A DNA stretch of 64,000 nucleotides from Paragordius varius (lineage: Eukaryota; Animalia; Nematomorpha), in assembly GCA_964247055.1 (NCBI GenBank), contig OZ176059.1, forward strand, positions 2,728,001-2,792,000. Direction: 5' to 3'. Below the pieces are notes generated by a model, which had not been told where the DNA came from, ran no database searches, and saw only the letters and a program-made list of their open reading frames with translations. Made by a program: the position numbers and the translations under genes. This document shows, piece by piece, positions 39,701-51,505 of the stretch. Each line of letters starts with the position of its first letter. Position 1 is the stretch's first letter.

Positions 39701-42700
39701 ATTGGCTTTTGATAAGGCTTTGGCTCTATACCAGGAAGCCCTTGAACTTAAATTACCCCCCACTAATGATATGACTGACCTTGTAGCACAAACCGATGAC
39801 TTAACTGAACAAGTAAATTATTTTATATTTATTTTTTAACTGTTGGAGTAATTAAAAATTGAAATTATGGATTTTTTAGGTTAAATTATAGTAAAAATTT
39901 AAAATTTATATACAGACAAAATGTAATTGTGGGAGCATCCAAAACTATAATTGTGTTAAAAAAACTTTTTTTATAGTTCTAAGTTTTGTGTTTAAAATTT
40001 CAATTTTTATAATTTTGAGAGGGAGGAGGAAGGGGAGTCTCACTCGTTTAAAATAATATTATTAGTAAAATGGTAATATATTACAGTCATGCTCTTTTCC
40101 ATTGAACTTAACTATCTCATATTTGCAAAAACATAAGTATTTGCATTATAATCCTACGAAAACAATTCTTAATAAGGGGGTCTTTTCCATTGAACTTAAC
40201 TATCTCATATATGGGAATACATAGGTTTTTGCATTATAATCCTACGAAAACAAATCTTAATAACGGGGCGGCAAATACTTAAAAAATATAAACTGCAAAT
40301 GTTATCGAAGAAAATATAAAAATTAAATCATAAATTTTATTTTTTTTATTACACATAAGACAAATGCCATGATGCCCGTGATAGAAGAAGTGCTTACCGC
40401 TAACGCAAATCTCATGAGCCGTGCCAATGAACGCGTTCAACTGCTCCGTCAGCTGTTGGAACAGGGGTCAGCTGCGCAGAGTGCCACAGAATCAGCTGGT
40501 CAAGCAGTTATGGCTGCCCGTGCCCGTTCACAACAAGCTATCGCCGCGGCCGAATTAACACTTCGTGAGGCTCAACAAACGTTAAAAACCCTTAAAGGTA
40601 TGACTATTAAGACATGCATATATATATTACAGTTGTGTAAGGTAGATGGTTGGTTGGTTGGTTTTTCCTAAGTCGTAAACGACTTTTTGGATATAGTTTT
40701 AACTATTTCTTTCATTTTTTTCTATCTTTAACCGCTATATTGAGCTCTTTCAGTGTCATTTTGGTCTCTTCCTTTATCATATCCAACCACCTCATCGGTG
40801 GTCGGCCTCGTTTCCTTTGCCCTTCTACCTTCCCAAACATTGTATCTTTCTCCAGCGAATTTGATCGCATGACATGACCAAAATATGTTAACTTTCTTTT
40901 TAGAATTATCTCCATGATGTTTGTTTTAGGTTTTATTTCTGTAGTTAGATTTTCATTCTTAATTTTATCCTTCCAGGTGTATCCTAGCATCCTACGCCAG
41001 CAACTCCTTTCAAAAGCCATGAGCCTTTCTTTGTCCCTTTTTCTGAGAGTCCAACTCTCACATCCATATGTAGTGACCGGGAGAACGAAACAGTAGAGTA
41101 ATCTTTTTTTGGTTTCAACTCCTACGCTTTTGTTTTTCCAAATCTTTGTTAATTTTGTCATCGCTTCTCTGCCCAATCCTATTCTCTTTCTGATGTCAGG
41201 AGTTGAAGACCCATCCTCTGAAATTATTGCGCCCAAAAACGTTAACTGTTTAACTATTTCAATTTCTACTCCTTCTATTATAATTGTAGGCTTTTTTCCT
41301 GTACATAATATTTTGGTTTTGTTAGGATTAAGCCTAAGACCATACCTCAAACTTTCCTTTCGAATCTCTTCAATCAATGCCTTCAAATCATTTGCACTTT
41401 CAGCTATAAGAGTGGTATCGTCTGCAAACCTTAAATTATTGATTGTTCTCCCTCCTATTCTTACTCCAATATTTTTACCATCCAACTTCCTCATTATCAT
41501 TTCTGTGCACATATTGAACAGATAAGGGGATAAGCAACACCCTTGTCTGACTCCTTTCAAGATTGGTATTTCGTCTGTGTCCCCCGCTGGTGTTCTAATA
41601 ATCGCTCTTTGTTTTACATACAGAGAGCTAATCAATCTTATTAAGTGAGACGATACCCCTACTAACTTTAATGTTTCCCACAAGGAGTCATAGTTAATTG
41701 AATCGAATGCTTGTCTGTAATCAATAAAACACATGTATAATTCTTTCTGAAACTCTTTTGATGTTTCCATTATCCTTCTCATGTTTGAGATATGGTCTCT
41801 TGTGCTTTTTCCCTTCATAAATCCGGCTTGATTTTCTGGTATTTCTGTCTGTATGATACTGTGCATTCTGTTTTGTATTACTTTTAGTAAGACCTTACTA
41901 GCGTGGCTAATAAGAGATATGTTCCGATAATTCTCGCATTGGAGTACATCTCCTTTTTTATATATTGGGAGATATACAGATGATGCCCAATCGTTTGGCC
42001 ACTCACATGTTTCCCACACCTTTTGACATAACTGGTGTAACTTTTCAACGGGAATAGCTTTTATGAACTCTATTGGGATATTGTCTAATCCCATCGCTTT
42101 GTTGTTAGGAATTTGTTTTAAGGCTAATTCAACCTCCTCTCTTAATATATCTGGATCACGTTCTTCGTCTTTTAAGTGCAACACCTTTGCTTGAGGAGCC
42201 TGATAGAGTTTTTGGGTGTATTCCTTCCATCTTTCTCGTACTTCTGTTTGTTTGCACAATATGGTGCCATTCTCTTTTTTAATCTTTTGTGATGATATAA
42301 AAGGTTTATGAGTCATTTGCTTCAGTTTCTGGAACATTGGTTGCATTAATCCTTTTTTGTTATTTAATTCCACTTCCAAACATTGTTTATTAAGAAAATC
42401 TTCATAATCCTTCCTTGTTTGTCGTTGAAATTCTTTGTTATATAATTTAACCATTTTATTATCACCTCTTGATTTAGCTTTTCTCCTCTTTTCTGCTATC
42501 TCTATACTCTCTTCTGATATCCATTTGTTATCTTTCCTCTTTACTCTCTGCACTTTTTCTTTTGCCACTTCTTTAACAACATTTTTTATCGTTCCCCATA
42601 ATTGTTCTGAGCTACATCCATTGTCCAATCTTCCTAATCTATCTTTGGTTTCTGTTCTAAAACTATTTGGAATGTTCCGAGTGTCATATCTGTATATCTG

Positions 42701-45229
42701 TTTAACCTTATTTTTGATTATTTTAAGTTTGATTTTGGTTATTAGAAGCTCATGATCGCTAGAGCAATCGCTGCTTTTATTTGTTTTGGTATCGATTATA
42801 GAGCTTTTCCATTTTTGAGGACATATTATGTAATCAATTTGATTCTTATATTTACCACATGGAGAGGTCCATGTGTATAACCTCCTATTGTGTTGTGGAA
42901 ACCATGTGTTGGTTATCATCATCTCATTTTCTTGACAAAAATTGATCAGTGCTTCCCCGGCCTCGTTTCGTTCTCCCAATCCATATGGCCCGACTATTTG
43001 ATCTACTCTACCTCTACCAACTTTGCTGTTCCAATCCCCTCCTATGATAATCATATCTCCTTTCTTCGTTTCATCCAAAACTATTTGCAACGTTGCATAA
43101 AAGTCCTCTATGTCTTCTTTGGGAGCGTTTGACGTAGGAGCATAGACTACTATGTATGTAAATTTAAGTGGCTTGGCATTCAGCCTAATACTCATGATTC
43201 TGGGTATATATGGTGTATAACTAATGAGACTTTTATTTAATTTGTTTTTTATTAATACTGCAACGCCTTCAGATTTCAGGTCATCTCTCCCCGATCTTAA
43301 CAATGTATAATTTTCGTTTTGTACTTTCGCGCTACCTTTTTGCTTGGTTTCCGTTAGACCCAGTATATCTATGTTCAATCTTTCCATTTCCTTTTCAATT
43401 ATCACTTGTTTGGTTGATGTTAAGGAACGTACATTCCAGCATCCAACTTTGAAAATTCTTGTTAAGTTCATTTAGTAAAACTATTTTTTGGCAGTAATAA
43501 ACGAGGGTGGTTTGCCATTGCCTTCCCTCTCACTTACCCTCTTTACAAAAAATAAATATCTATAATTAAAATTAAAGAGTAATCTTTATAAATGTTGTTA
43601 ATTTGGATAAATTATAAATATTAATATTTCACTCTGTCTGGCCATAAAAGAAAAATATAAAGAAATTATGGCTAGGCTAGTAAAAATAAAATAATTAGGC
43701 ACCAAGGAGTAGAGAAAAAAAAATATATAGATATGTATAACAATGATTTTTGATGACTTAAGAATTATGTTACTCTTTAAATTACATACTTAGCATACAA
43801 ATAAAATAAAAACTCTACAAAACAAAGAAAAAGATTAATAATTACTAAAAGGAAACTTATTTTTTAAATATATTTATAGTATATAATAAAAAAAAAATAC
43901 TATCCTTGAATAACTTGCCGCTATCAATCACATGGTTTCATGCATGATTATATGATAATTTAATAAACAAAATTAATGTTAAAATATGGGGAAAATATTG
44001 TTTTATTTCAAACATTTGTTCTTTTTACCATACGCTACTGTAATATACAGTATGGGTAAAATGCATTGTTTTTAGTTATACCAAAATTGTGCTTCCAGAT
44101 AGCATATACATCAAAGGGTTATACAATAAAATTTGAAATTAAACGGACATAACGTTAAGATATGAAGACAAATAATTTTTCCAAAAGACAAGCATACTTT
44201 TTAAATCATGTTTTTCTTAATGTAACTTATTGTTTTAAACTGCAAAGTCTCAATTAAATGTAAATTGGGACCATAAATTTTACTATTCAAATGTTTTTTA
44301 TGGGATAAAAGGTTGAAAAACTATGGTTATCTTTTAAAAAAATAGTCTTAAAATTTTACGTTTTATCCCTATAATTTTAATTTTTATGCTGTATATGCTA
44401 TTTTTCAGTCATATTTGATCAAAAACTAGCATTGTATATTTCATTAAAACTGTATTATTCATTGGACTTTTATTCAAGGACAACAGGTTTTTTTAATTTT
44501 ACATAAAATTTATATATAAGATTTTTTAAATCAAAGACAGACCACAATTTTTTGTTTAATACAACGGTGTTTAATATAAGACGATTGGTGACACAAGATT
44601 TTTCGTTTAAAAATAACACTTTTTATTACTATAATATATCTAAAAGCAACCTCCCTTTTCTAGGGGTAACATATAAGAATGTATTGAAATAATTTGGTTT
44701 TAATTGTTTAAGTCGGTATGTTAAAATTATTTTTTAATTGAAATGTTGTTTTCTTATGAAAAATCCTCTTAAACAAATATTACTGCATGTATATTTGTTT
44801 GCTAATTCAAATCATACGTAATACAGGAAAATTTACTGTCATGCATTATTTAATTAAACATTTCTTTTTACTTTCTTTGCCGTCTCATCAAGATTTTGAC
44901 AAAGAAATGAACAGTCATAGCGCATCAGCGGCCTCAGCCCTGGCCCAAGTCCCCCAAATCCGGTCTCTTATCCAAGAAACGGAAAGTAAGCGGGTAGAAA
45001 CCGAACAAAAGCTGCTCGCCGCCCAAAGTGATATGGACGGAGCTAAGGAACAAGCCATTGAAGCCAGAGATATCGCTGAAACTATTCGTGAAGTTTATTT
45101 TTTGATTTAATAAAGGAATTAATTTACTAACATGTTTTTGGAATAAGTTTAATAAGGTTGACATACTCGTGGTTTTTTTGTTCACTAGAGAATTGTAAAT
45201 TATATAAGGTTTTTTAAGGAAATATTGTA

Positions 45230-45268
<39 letters not shown>

Positions 45269-47360
45269 ATAATTTGTTTATAATTTCAAATTTAGTGCTT
45301 ACATAATCTTAAATTCGATAAAATTTTTGGTAAAGGTTTTTTTGGCAAATTGTATATCTTTTTTGGTTTTTATTACTCAATTTATTGGTCATTAGAGCTA
45401 TTTCGGGCGAGTGCAATATTTAGCAAAGGTTTTTCAGGGGGGATCGGTCTGTCATCTTTTGTCATTATAGTATTAGACTTTTCATGGGACATATTTTATT
45501 ATATGTTGAGGTTTTTAATTCGAAACAATTGGTTTTATTGTTGTTTAGTAAACAATTTTTATTTCAGTTTTATTTTTGCATAGATTACGGTACCGATTCC
45601 ATGTTTTTTAAATCCAAATGATTGTGATATCGGATTTATATTTTTGTAAAATTTTATAAGCTCAATTATATTTTCGACAATGAAAAAAAAGAGTATATAA
45701 TTTGCATATTGTGTACTACATATTCCGAATACTATTATGAAACAACTGCGATTTTAAAAACATTCGATTTTTAATTAATTTTTTTCATATATTTCGTTAT
45801 GATCACAAGATACTTAATCTTTTTATAAGTATAACAACCATATTTTTTTGTGTTTACATTGTGCGTTGGAATTTCTTATGATATTTTTTTGTTCTGTGTA
45901 CAAAGTTAACTTTAAAAAATTTTCCTTCAGATACCTGTAATTTGGTTTATTTATAAATTTATCTCAATCTATGATAGCAAGCAGAAGGACTTGCACTCGA
46001 ACTTTCCGACCTTGGTCAACGATGGACCGGACTCGGATACATGACAAACCAATTGCAGGATAATGTTACACGGTTTGAGAAATCATTGAGTAACCTTGAA
46101 TCCCGTGTTCAATCGGAATCTCAACGTGGTTCTGAAGTATGTTTTAGTTTAATTTAATTTATTTTGTCTTTCTTTTGTTTTAATACAGTAAAAAATGACA
46201 TATTTACCGCATAAAATAATGAATCAAAGTATTTTTTAGTCATATTAAAACAAATAATCTAATAGGTAAAAACGGTTATTTTTAATCTGAGGTAACAATA
46301 TTCTTGTATATGTGGTAATATATATTTGTACATATATCATATAATTTATATGGTTAAAAAGGATCAAAAAATATGGCTGTTTTTAAAAATGACAGTCTTT
46401 TACCCTTTAATCTGACGTTTTTTTTAAAAAAATTACTATTTTAAGTTTAATTTTAATGTAATAAATGTTTTTTTATTTACAATGCAGGCTTTACAAAAAA
46501 CAGAAGAGGCCCAAAATAAGGCATCTTTGAACCTTCATTCAGTTACCGAATTGCTTGATGCCGTGTCTGATATTCAGGACCAACTTGGTTTTTACTTATT
46601 TTGTTATCGCAATTATAATTGATTATTATCCAAATTATTTACAATATTTGTTTTTTTTACTTGTTTTTATCATATAATAGCCAAAGGCATCTAAGTCGAT
46701 ATATAGAAATTAGGAATTTTAGAGTTTTAGCACGCATGAGATGGCAATCTAAACAATAATAGCAATAAGGCCGTACTATCCATGAAAACGGTTGAAAGTG
46801 TCTCAAGTAGATATACTTCCCACCCTTCTAGGATAAACTCAGATTTTTCCAAAACAAACCATATATTAAAATATTCTTATTTTCTAGTATGTCTGATTAG
46901 CGTTGTAAAATAAAGGAGTGTAATACATAGGCTTAAGGGTTACTTATCACATTAAACAACAAATATAAATGGTGTTTTATTTTATAATTACGCATCTCTG
47001 CATAAAACTTTTGTCTTTTACTTTCCTTAGCTTACCTTCCTTATATCTTCCATCAATTTTACCCTATACATATGCAACTATATATTTTTTACCTTTCTTT
47101 AAACAGAAAATTTGGGTACAGTCGATCAATCACAACTGAATATGCTTTCATCCGAATTGGATCTTGCCCTGGAACAAGTTAAGCGAGCTGGTCTTGAAAC
47201 CCGCCTGGGACAGCTGGAAAAGGCCCGCGCCCAACAGGCCAAAAGTTTAGCGGCCCAAGATGCCCGCGTTAAGGCACTCCGTATCGAAGTCCTTAATATA
47301 GAGGCTATTCATCATTCATTACCTGAGGGTTGTTTCAAAGTTCTCAAACTTGAACCTTAG
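20858..47360 (+). CDS. LAMC1: Laminin gamma-1-type subunit, about 2015 aa, 23 exons: 20858-21257, 22658-22959, 24973-25103, 26490-26974, 27377-27573, 28227-28603, 28951-29366, 29786-30316, 31032-31191, 31964-32361, 32993-33070, 33484-33639, 34336-34779, 35284-35421, 36174-36374, 37838-38201, 38920-39057, 39632-39812, 40360-40597, 44893-45092, 45978-46136, 46488-46587, 47107-47360
   Basis: Signal peptide, LN domain ([53 protein letters not shown]), LE repeats split by an L4 domain, nidogen-site-like [11 protein letters not shown], coiled coil and gamma-type end [13 protein letters not shown]. All splice phases are compatible; the CDS sums to 6048 nt. Confidence 0.93.
23332..23850 (-). mobile_element. 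piggyBac-like MITE (copy 3)
   Basis: cccttcgattcgaattggggtc ... cccaatttgaatcgaagtg; body homologous to the other three copies. Confidence 0.65.
24334..24623 (-). mobile_element. Foldback-type MITE family FB, copy A (orientation 1), laminin intron 2
   Basis: taccatttacaa..ttcacccttaaacaattcaaattcaccc left arm and gggtgaatttgaagtgtaaaccgta right arm; TA-flanked. Confidence 0.8.
25235..25518 (-). mobile_element. FB MITE copy B (orientation 1), laminin intron 3
   Basis: cccttgaacaattcaaattcac left arm; right end gaattgcaaatggtata. Confidence 0.75.
26152..26467 (+). mobile_element. FB MITE copy C (orientation 2), about 20 nt before the exon 4 acceptor
   Basis: About 21-bp subrepeats gggtgaatttgaattgttc(a/g)a; shared AT-rich core. 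Confidence 0.8.
27936..28215 (+). mobile_element. FB MITE copy D (orientation 2), 10 nt before the exon 6 acceptor
   Basis: (TA)n-taccatttacaattc ... gaaatgtaaatggta-(TA)n-tag. Confidence 0.85.
31214..31557 (-). mobile_element. FB MITE copy E (orientation 1), about 20 nt after the exon 9 donor
   Basis: taccatttacacatcaaattcacccttgaacaattc left arm and tandem subrepeats in the right arm. Confidence 0.85.
31620..31898 (+). mobile_element. Hammerhead-containing insertion with inverted arms, laminin intron 9
   Basis: Inverted arms about 31664-31706 and 31855-31896; candidate TSD aacacatatta (31609-31619) / aacacatttta (31899-31909), one mismatch and low complexity. Confidence 0.6.
31719..31762 (+). 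ncRNA. Type I hammerhead ribozyme
   Basis: gugugg-CUGAUGA-GUCC(acaacaa)GGAC-GAAA-CGCGUC^ucacac: intact core, palindromic stem III ACGCGU, GUC cleavage after 31756. Stem I extends with cgug/cacg and ucau/auga (31707-31771). Confidence 0.9.
33981..34309 (+). mobile_element. FB MITE copy F (orientation 2), about 25 nt before the exon 13 acceptor
   Basis: taccatttacaattcaaattcacc ... gctgtaaatggta with TA flanks. Confidence 0.85.
35703..36116 (+). mobile_element. FB MITE copy G (diverged, expanded right arm), about 55 nt before the exon 15 acceptor
   Basis: taccatttagacc left end, tgttcaagggt subrepeats, agtggta right end. Confidence 0.65.
36363..36930 (+). repeat. About 205-bp tandem repeat (2.5 copies) starting in the 3' end of laminin exon 15
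   Basis: aaatagcgact at 36363, 36569 and 36776, each followed by similar ggttggg/ttggatagtttt/aaacactcgttttt(g)gagtgt blocks and (TA)n. Confidence 0.75.
40093..40268. repeat. 88-bp tandem duplication in laminin intron 18
   Basis: tcttttccattgaacttaactatctcatat...ttgcattataatcctacgaaaacaa.tcttaataa.gggg starts at 40093 and at 40181. Confidence 0.85.
40647..43545 (-). mobile_element. Near full-length RTE-clade LINE, antisense in laminin intron 19
   Basis: Single APE-RT ORF, (ccaa)n 3' tail at 40647-40662 and RTE-like 5' motif GGAAGGCAATGGCAAACCAC at about 43507-43526; no TSD found. Confidence 0.9.
40712..43471 (-). CDS. AP endonuclease + reverse transcriptase polyprotein, 919 aa (RTE-type)
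   Basis: APE motifs [33 protein letters not shown]; RT motifs [19 protein letters not shown]; C-terminal [18 protein letters not shown]. Confidence 0.93.
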   Translation of the reverse strand: MNLTRIFKVGCWNVRSLTSTKQVIIEKEMERLNIDILGLTETKQKGSAKVQNENYTLLRSGRDDLKSEGVAVLIKNKLNKSLISYTPYIPRIMSIRLNAKPLKFTYIVVYAPTSNAPKEDIEDFYATLQIVLDETKKGDMIIIGGDWNSKVGRGRVDQIVGPYGLGERNEAGEALINFCQENEMMITNTWFPQHNRRLYTWTSPCGKYKNQIDYIICPQKWKSSIIDTKTNKSSDCSSDHELLITKIKLKIIKNKVKQIYRYDTRNIPNSFRTETKDRLGRLDNGCSSEQLWGTIKNVVKEVAKEKVQRVKRKDNKWISEESIEIAEKRRKAKSRGDNKMVKLYNKEFQRQTRKDYEDFLNKQCLEVELNNKKGLMQPMFQKLKQMTHKPFISSQKIKKENGTILCKQTEVRERWKEYTQKLYQAPQAKVLHLKDEERDPDILREEVELALKQIPNNKAMGLDNIPIEFIKAIPVEKLHQLCQKVWETCEWPNDWASSVYLPIYKKGDVLQCENYRNISLISHASKVLLKVIQNRMHSIIQTEIPENQAGFMKGKSTRDHISNMRRIMETSKEFQKELYMCFIDYRQAFDSINYDSLWETLKLVGVSSHLIRLISSLYVKQRAIIRTPAGDTDEIPILKGVRQGCCLSPYLFNMCTEMIMRKLDGKNIGVRIGGRTINNLRFADDTTLIAESANDLKALIEEIRKESLRYGLRLNPNKTKILCTGKKPTIIIEGVEIEIVKQLTFLGAIISEDGSSTPDIRKRIGLGREAMTKLTKIWKNKSVGVETKKRLLYCFVLPVTTYGCESWTLRKRDKERLMAFERSCWRRMLGYTWKDKIKNENLTTEIKPKTNIMEIILKRKLTYFGHVMRSNSLEKDTMFGKVEGQRKRGRPPMRWLDMIKEETKMTLKELNIAVKDRKK

Positions 47361-48399
47361 ATAACGTTATTTATCCCCTCTCTCTCAATCTCTACTTATT
47401 GCTTCCTTTGAAACACTACCATATGTGATAAAAACGAGAAAATATATGCATATACATACATCATTTTGTTTAATTTTTTATATTTATATATATACTTTTT
47501 CTTACAGTATGAGTAATAATACACTGCGAGTTTTTCATTTAAATGTTTTGTTAGATGGCATTACAGCAAAGAGCATTATTATTGGCTAATAACGAAAATA
47601 ATAACAATAAGTTAATAATTTTTTATGTTTATGCGCTATCTGACAAAAATATTTAATGTATAACTATTAGTGTATTTTTACCCACACTGTATGTGTATAT
47701 ATATGTACTCTACAATTAAGTTTTTTTAACCATTGTTAGTAGCCACATTTTAGCATTAATCATGAATCTCAATATATTAGTATATGTTATATCTTATATG
47801 ATTTTTTTCATGATGGATTGTGAGAAAGTATTTCTCTGCAAACAAAAAAACATGTCATCTCATTTTTGATTTACCTTTTCTTTACCGCCATACTTTTTTA
47901 TATATATACAAAAAAATTGTTAATTTTTATCTACTTGTTTTTATGTTTTCCTTTTTATTTTATATGAAAATGTGCCAAATAATAAATATTAGCCATAAAT
48001 AAGCATTATTTTTATTTAAAAATTAAAACATATATATGTTTGCGATTTAAGTTTGTATGAAAAGATAAGTAAAAACCTCCCCTCTAAAAGGTTTTATAAT
48101 CAACAACGTCTATATATAAATTAACTCATTGATCATTAGGCAGTGTTGAAACCTTCGAAAACAAAAAGAATAATAATAATGATTTTTAATCAATTTTTTT
48201 CTATCTCTGGGGTATTATTTATAATTATATATTTAAAAATGAAAATTAATTTTATATTAAACATTTTTTTATATTATATATTGGTTAAAAAAGGCCATGC
48301 CGCGGATAATAACCCATGTATTGTCCACCGGGGTCATTGTAGGTGGACTTCCACTGTAATCTATATATTTATAAAAATGGAAAGTGGTGACTTTGTGAT

Positions 48400-49980
48400 C
48401 TGTTTCCGAAAAACCGGTAGACCCATTCAAATCCAAATGTCGAAAAAATTCCAACAATACCTTCGCCCTTTTTTTGAATAGGCCCCTAGTTCGGGCCCAC
48501 CCCGTGTAAAAAACGAGTTTTTTTGAAAACACAAGTCCACAAGAATCGTGTCTTTGAGACAATTTTCCGGAAAACGAGATATTTTCAATTTAAATATGAT
48601 TTTATTTTACTTTTTTCGATTGTGCCGAACATATTTGGCTGGCTTTTTAAATTTAAGCCCTCTTTTTACCCGCTCCCCCAGTAAATGCCATTTTTTTTAA
48701 AAAGATTAAGTCCACAAAAATAATTTTTTGTTTTCGCCATGATTCCAGATATTCCCTGTTAAAAGGCAAAATTTTAGTTGTGCTTTTTTTTAATTGGCTG
48801 CTGAGTAAGGAGATACCCGCTAAAAACTGCCCCGTCATATCAAAATAACCGTCTTTGGGGCTAAATTTTAGAAAACCTATCATGCCATATGAGTTTAATA
48901 GGCGCTTAAATACCGTAACAAGGCAAAAATTTAGGGCGTGCGGTCTTTTAATTTTCCGTTCATTAGGCCCTTGACGCCCTGAAAAATGCGCCACCATAAA
49001 AGGATTGAGTTTTGAGGAAATTTTACAAAAACTAATGAAAGCATATGGAATCAATCATGATCTTCTATGTAGGGAGCTACCAGATTAAAACTGCGCCATC
49101 ATATCGAAATTGCGTTGTTTAGGATTTATCTTTCAGAAAACTTATCAGGCCACATAAGTTTATAAAGGGCCTGAAACATTACTCGTAAAAAGACAAAAAA
49201 TTAAGTCGAGGGGTTTTTTAAATTAGCCCTTATTCAAGGCCCTTTACATCTTAAAAAGCGCTATAATTGAACTATTATTTGGTTTTGAAGCCATTCTTCC
49301 AAATACTATCAAGAACATATGGAATGAATGATGATTCCAGGTATTCCCCTATAAAGGCAAAAAGTTTTCTCGAACGTACTTTTCTATTGGCTTTTGGGTA
49401 GGGGGCTATTCGCGTAAAACTGCATCACCATATCGATACGGCATGCCTTTAGAGCCAAATTTCAAAAAACCTATAAATCTAATAGAAACATATGGAATCC
49501 ATAATAATTTCAGATATTCCCCATATAAAGGCAAAAATTTTGCCCAGCATTTTTTTACCTGCCATTGGGGTTAGAAGCTACCCACTGCGCCACTATATAG
49601 AAATTGCGTTGTTTTGGAGCTAATTTACAGAAAAGTTATAAAGCCATATGAGCTCATTAAAAGCCTGAAATATTTCTTGTAACTAGGTAAAAAAGGTCAG
49701 GCGTTTTATATTAGCCGTTTTGGGGCCTTTATGCCCTAAAAATACGCCATCATATAATGATTATTTAGTGTTGAGGTGTTTTTCCGAATAACCCATGAGA
49801 CGATGGTATCAAAGATAATTCCAAATACTTGCCCTATAGGCAAAGAATTTAACTCAGCGCTTTTTCCATATAGGTCTATGGGTAGGGGTCACCGGTTTAA
49901 AATTGAGACGCCATACAAAAATGGCGTGGTTTTGGAGCTAATTTTCAAAAACTTAAGAAGCCATACGAGTTCAGTTAAAC
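48400..49980 (-). mobile_element. Tandem-array dispersed element, copy B
   Basis: Reverse complement of about 13180-14940, for example aatacgccatcatataatgattatttagtgttgaggtgtttttccgaataacccatgagacgatggtatc. Confidence 0.7.
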
Positions 49981-50009
49981 ACATTTCTGGGGAAACGACG
50001 AGAGTTTGT

Positions 50010-50245
50010 AATGTAAATGATGTAGGAATCGTCGTAAAATAACGCAAATAATAAAGATATAATTTATAAATTCTCAAATTTTCGCCATAGGCATCATCAG
50101 GAGATTAGTTAAGAAAAATATATATAATATAAGAAAATAATCTTAACTAATCTCCTGATGATGCCTATGGCGAAAATTTGAGAATTAATAAATTATATTT
50201 TTATTATTTGCGTTATTTTACGACGATTCCTACATCATTTACATT
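50010..50245. repeat. Near-perfect palindrome (105-bp arms, 26-nt spacer) containing a variant hammerhead-like motif in each arm
   Basis: Arms 50010-50114 and 50141-50245 differ at about 2 positions; ucuc-CUGAUGA-U-GCC(uau)GGC-GAAA-AUUU-gaga at 50151-50183. Confidence 0.85.
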
Positions 50246-51505
50246 GGAATTCGTATAATATCTTTTTTTTGCTATAAAAAGGGACCACTAATGATTTAAT
50301 TTTTATATTCCTTGATGCCAGCTGTGTGAACACAATTTCAGAATAAAACTTTTAACCAAGATTTCGTAAAAAAATCATATAATAATTCCAGTGATAGTGG
50401 AACAGTAACTTCAATAAGGGACAGTTTAAATATGGCCAATTTTGAGTTAACACTATTTGAGCCTATACAATAAGCTGTAAAAGAATAATTAAAGACATTA
50501 TTTTTATTAAATATGTTTTTATTATTTTTTATCTTCTTACCATTGCAAATTATTAAGAATTATCGGTGAGACTACATCACAGCCAACGTGACAGGGCCAG
50601 CTAGTGGGGAAATAATAACGCAAATTATTTTATATTTTTCGTTATTTATAAAATTTAATTTCTAAAAACCAATTTTTATTTATTTGAAAATTTGTCCAAT
50701 ATAAAATCCATCTTCAATTACACCAATTAAATAATTCAAATGTACAATAAATCATCTATACTCATTTAAATATTGTGTGAGCCGCATATTTCATTTGGTT
50801 AACTAAACCACATTTGCGGTAATAATTATTATTATTACTGAATCATTCAATATAAATATGGTAGACTGTTGTAATCAAAACAACTCAATGGCAATCAACA
50901 AATTTTTAAATGATTTGTGCAAGCACCGCCAAAAGAATTTAATTTCAGAGGGAATTTCAATTATTCTCAATTTTGAGCTATATTAATTTTATTAAAAAGT
51001 ATTAATTTACAAAGCTTTTGCAAATCAACTTTTTATTGAAATTGGATTCAAAAGCTCTCTAAATTAAACCGTAAAAGTTAAAAAATTGTTACAATTAATT
51101 AATATAAATACAACGTTTAATAACAATTATACTTTAACCAAAAACCTACTAGTGATACTCCTTATGAAATAACGTCTCAGTCAAAAATCCAAAATTGCTT
51201 TACACAAATTTTAAATGAAATAAACTGTTTATAAGGAAAAGAATGAAACATTTAATTTTTGCTGCGAATTCTCACTATTGGGATGGTTTTCTTCAATAAA
51301 ATTAAATTAAAAATTATTTTCTATAGGCCATTTAAAATATTGATGTATATATATAGTCTTTTAAGAATATGTTGTAAAATTGAAATTCTCCATGTTTATA
51401 ATCTGAAATATTTTTTATATAACTAAAAAACTGGCAAAAAATCTATGATAGACTATTTTAAATTTGAAGTGATTTGACATATATAAAAAATACTTATTTA
51501 TTTAA

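Noticed and set aside
40650-43132. Plus-strand ORFs overlapping the LINEs and other short ORFs in the six-frame track
   Set aside because: They are antisense shadows of real ORFs or chance ORFs in low-complexity AT-rich DNA.
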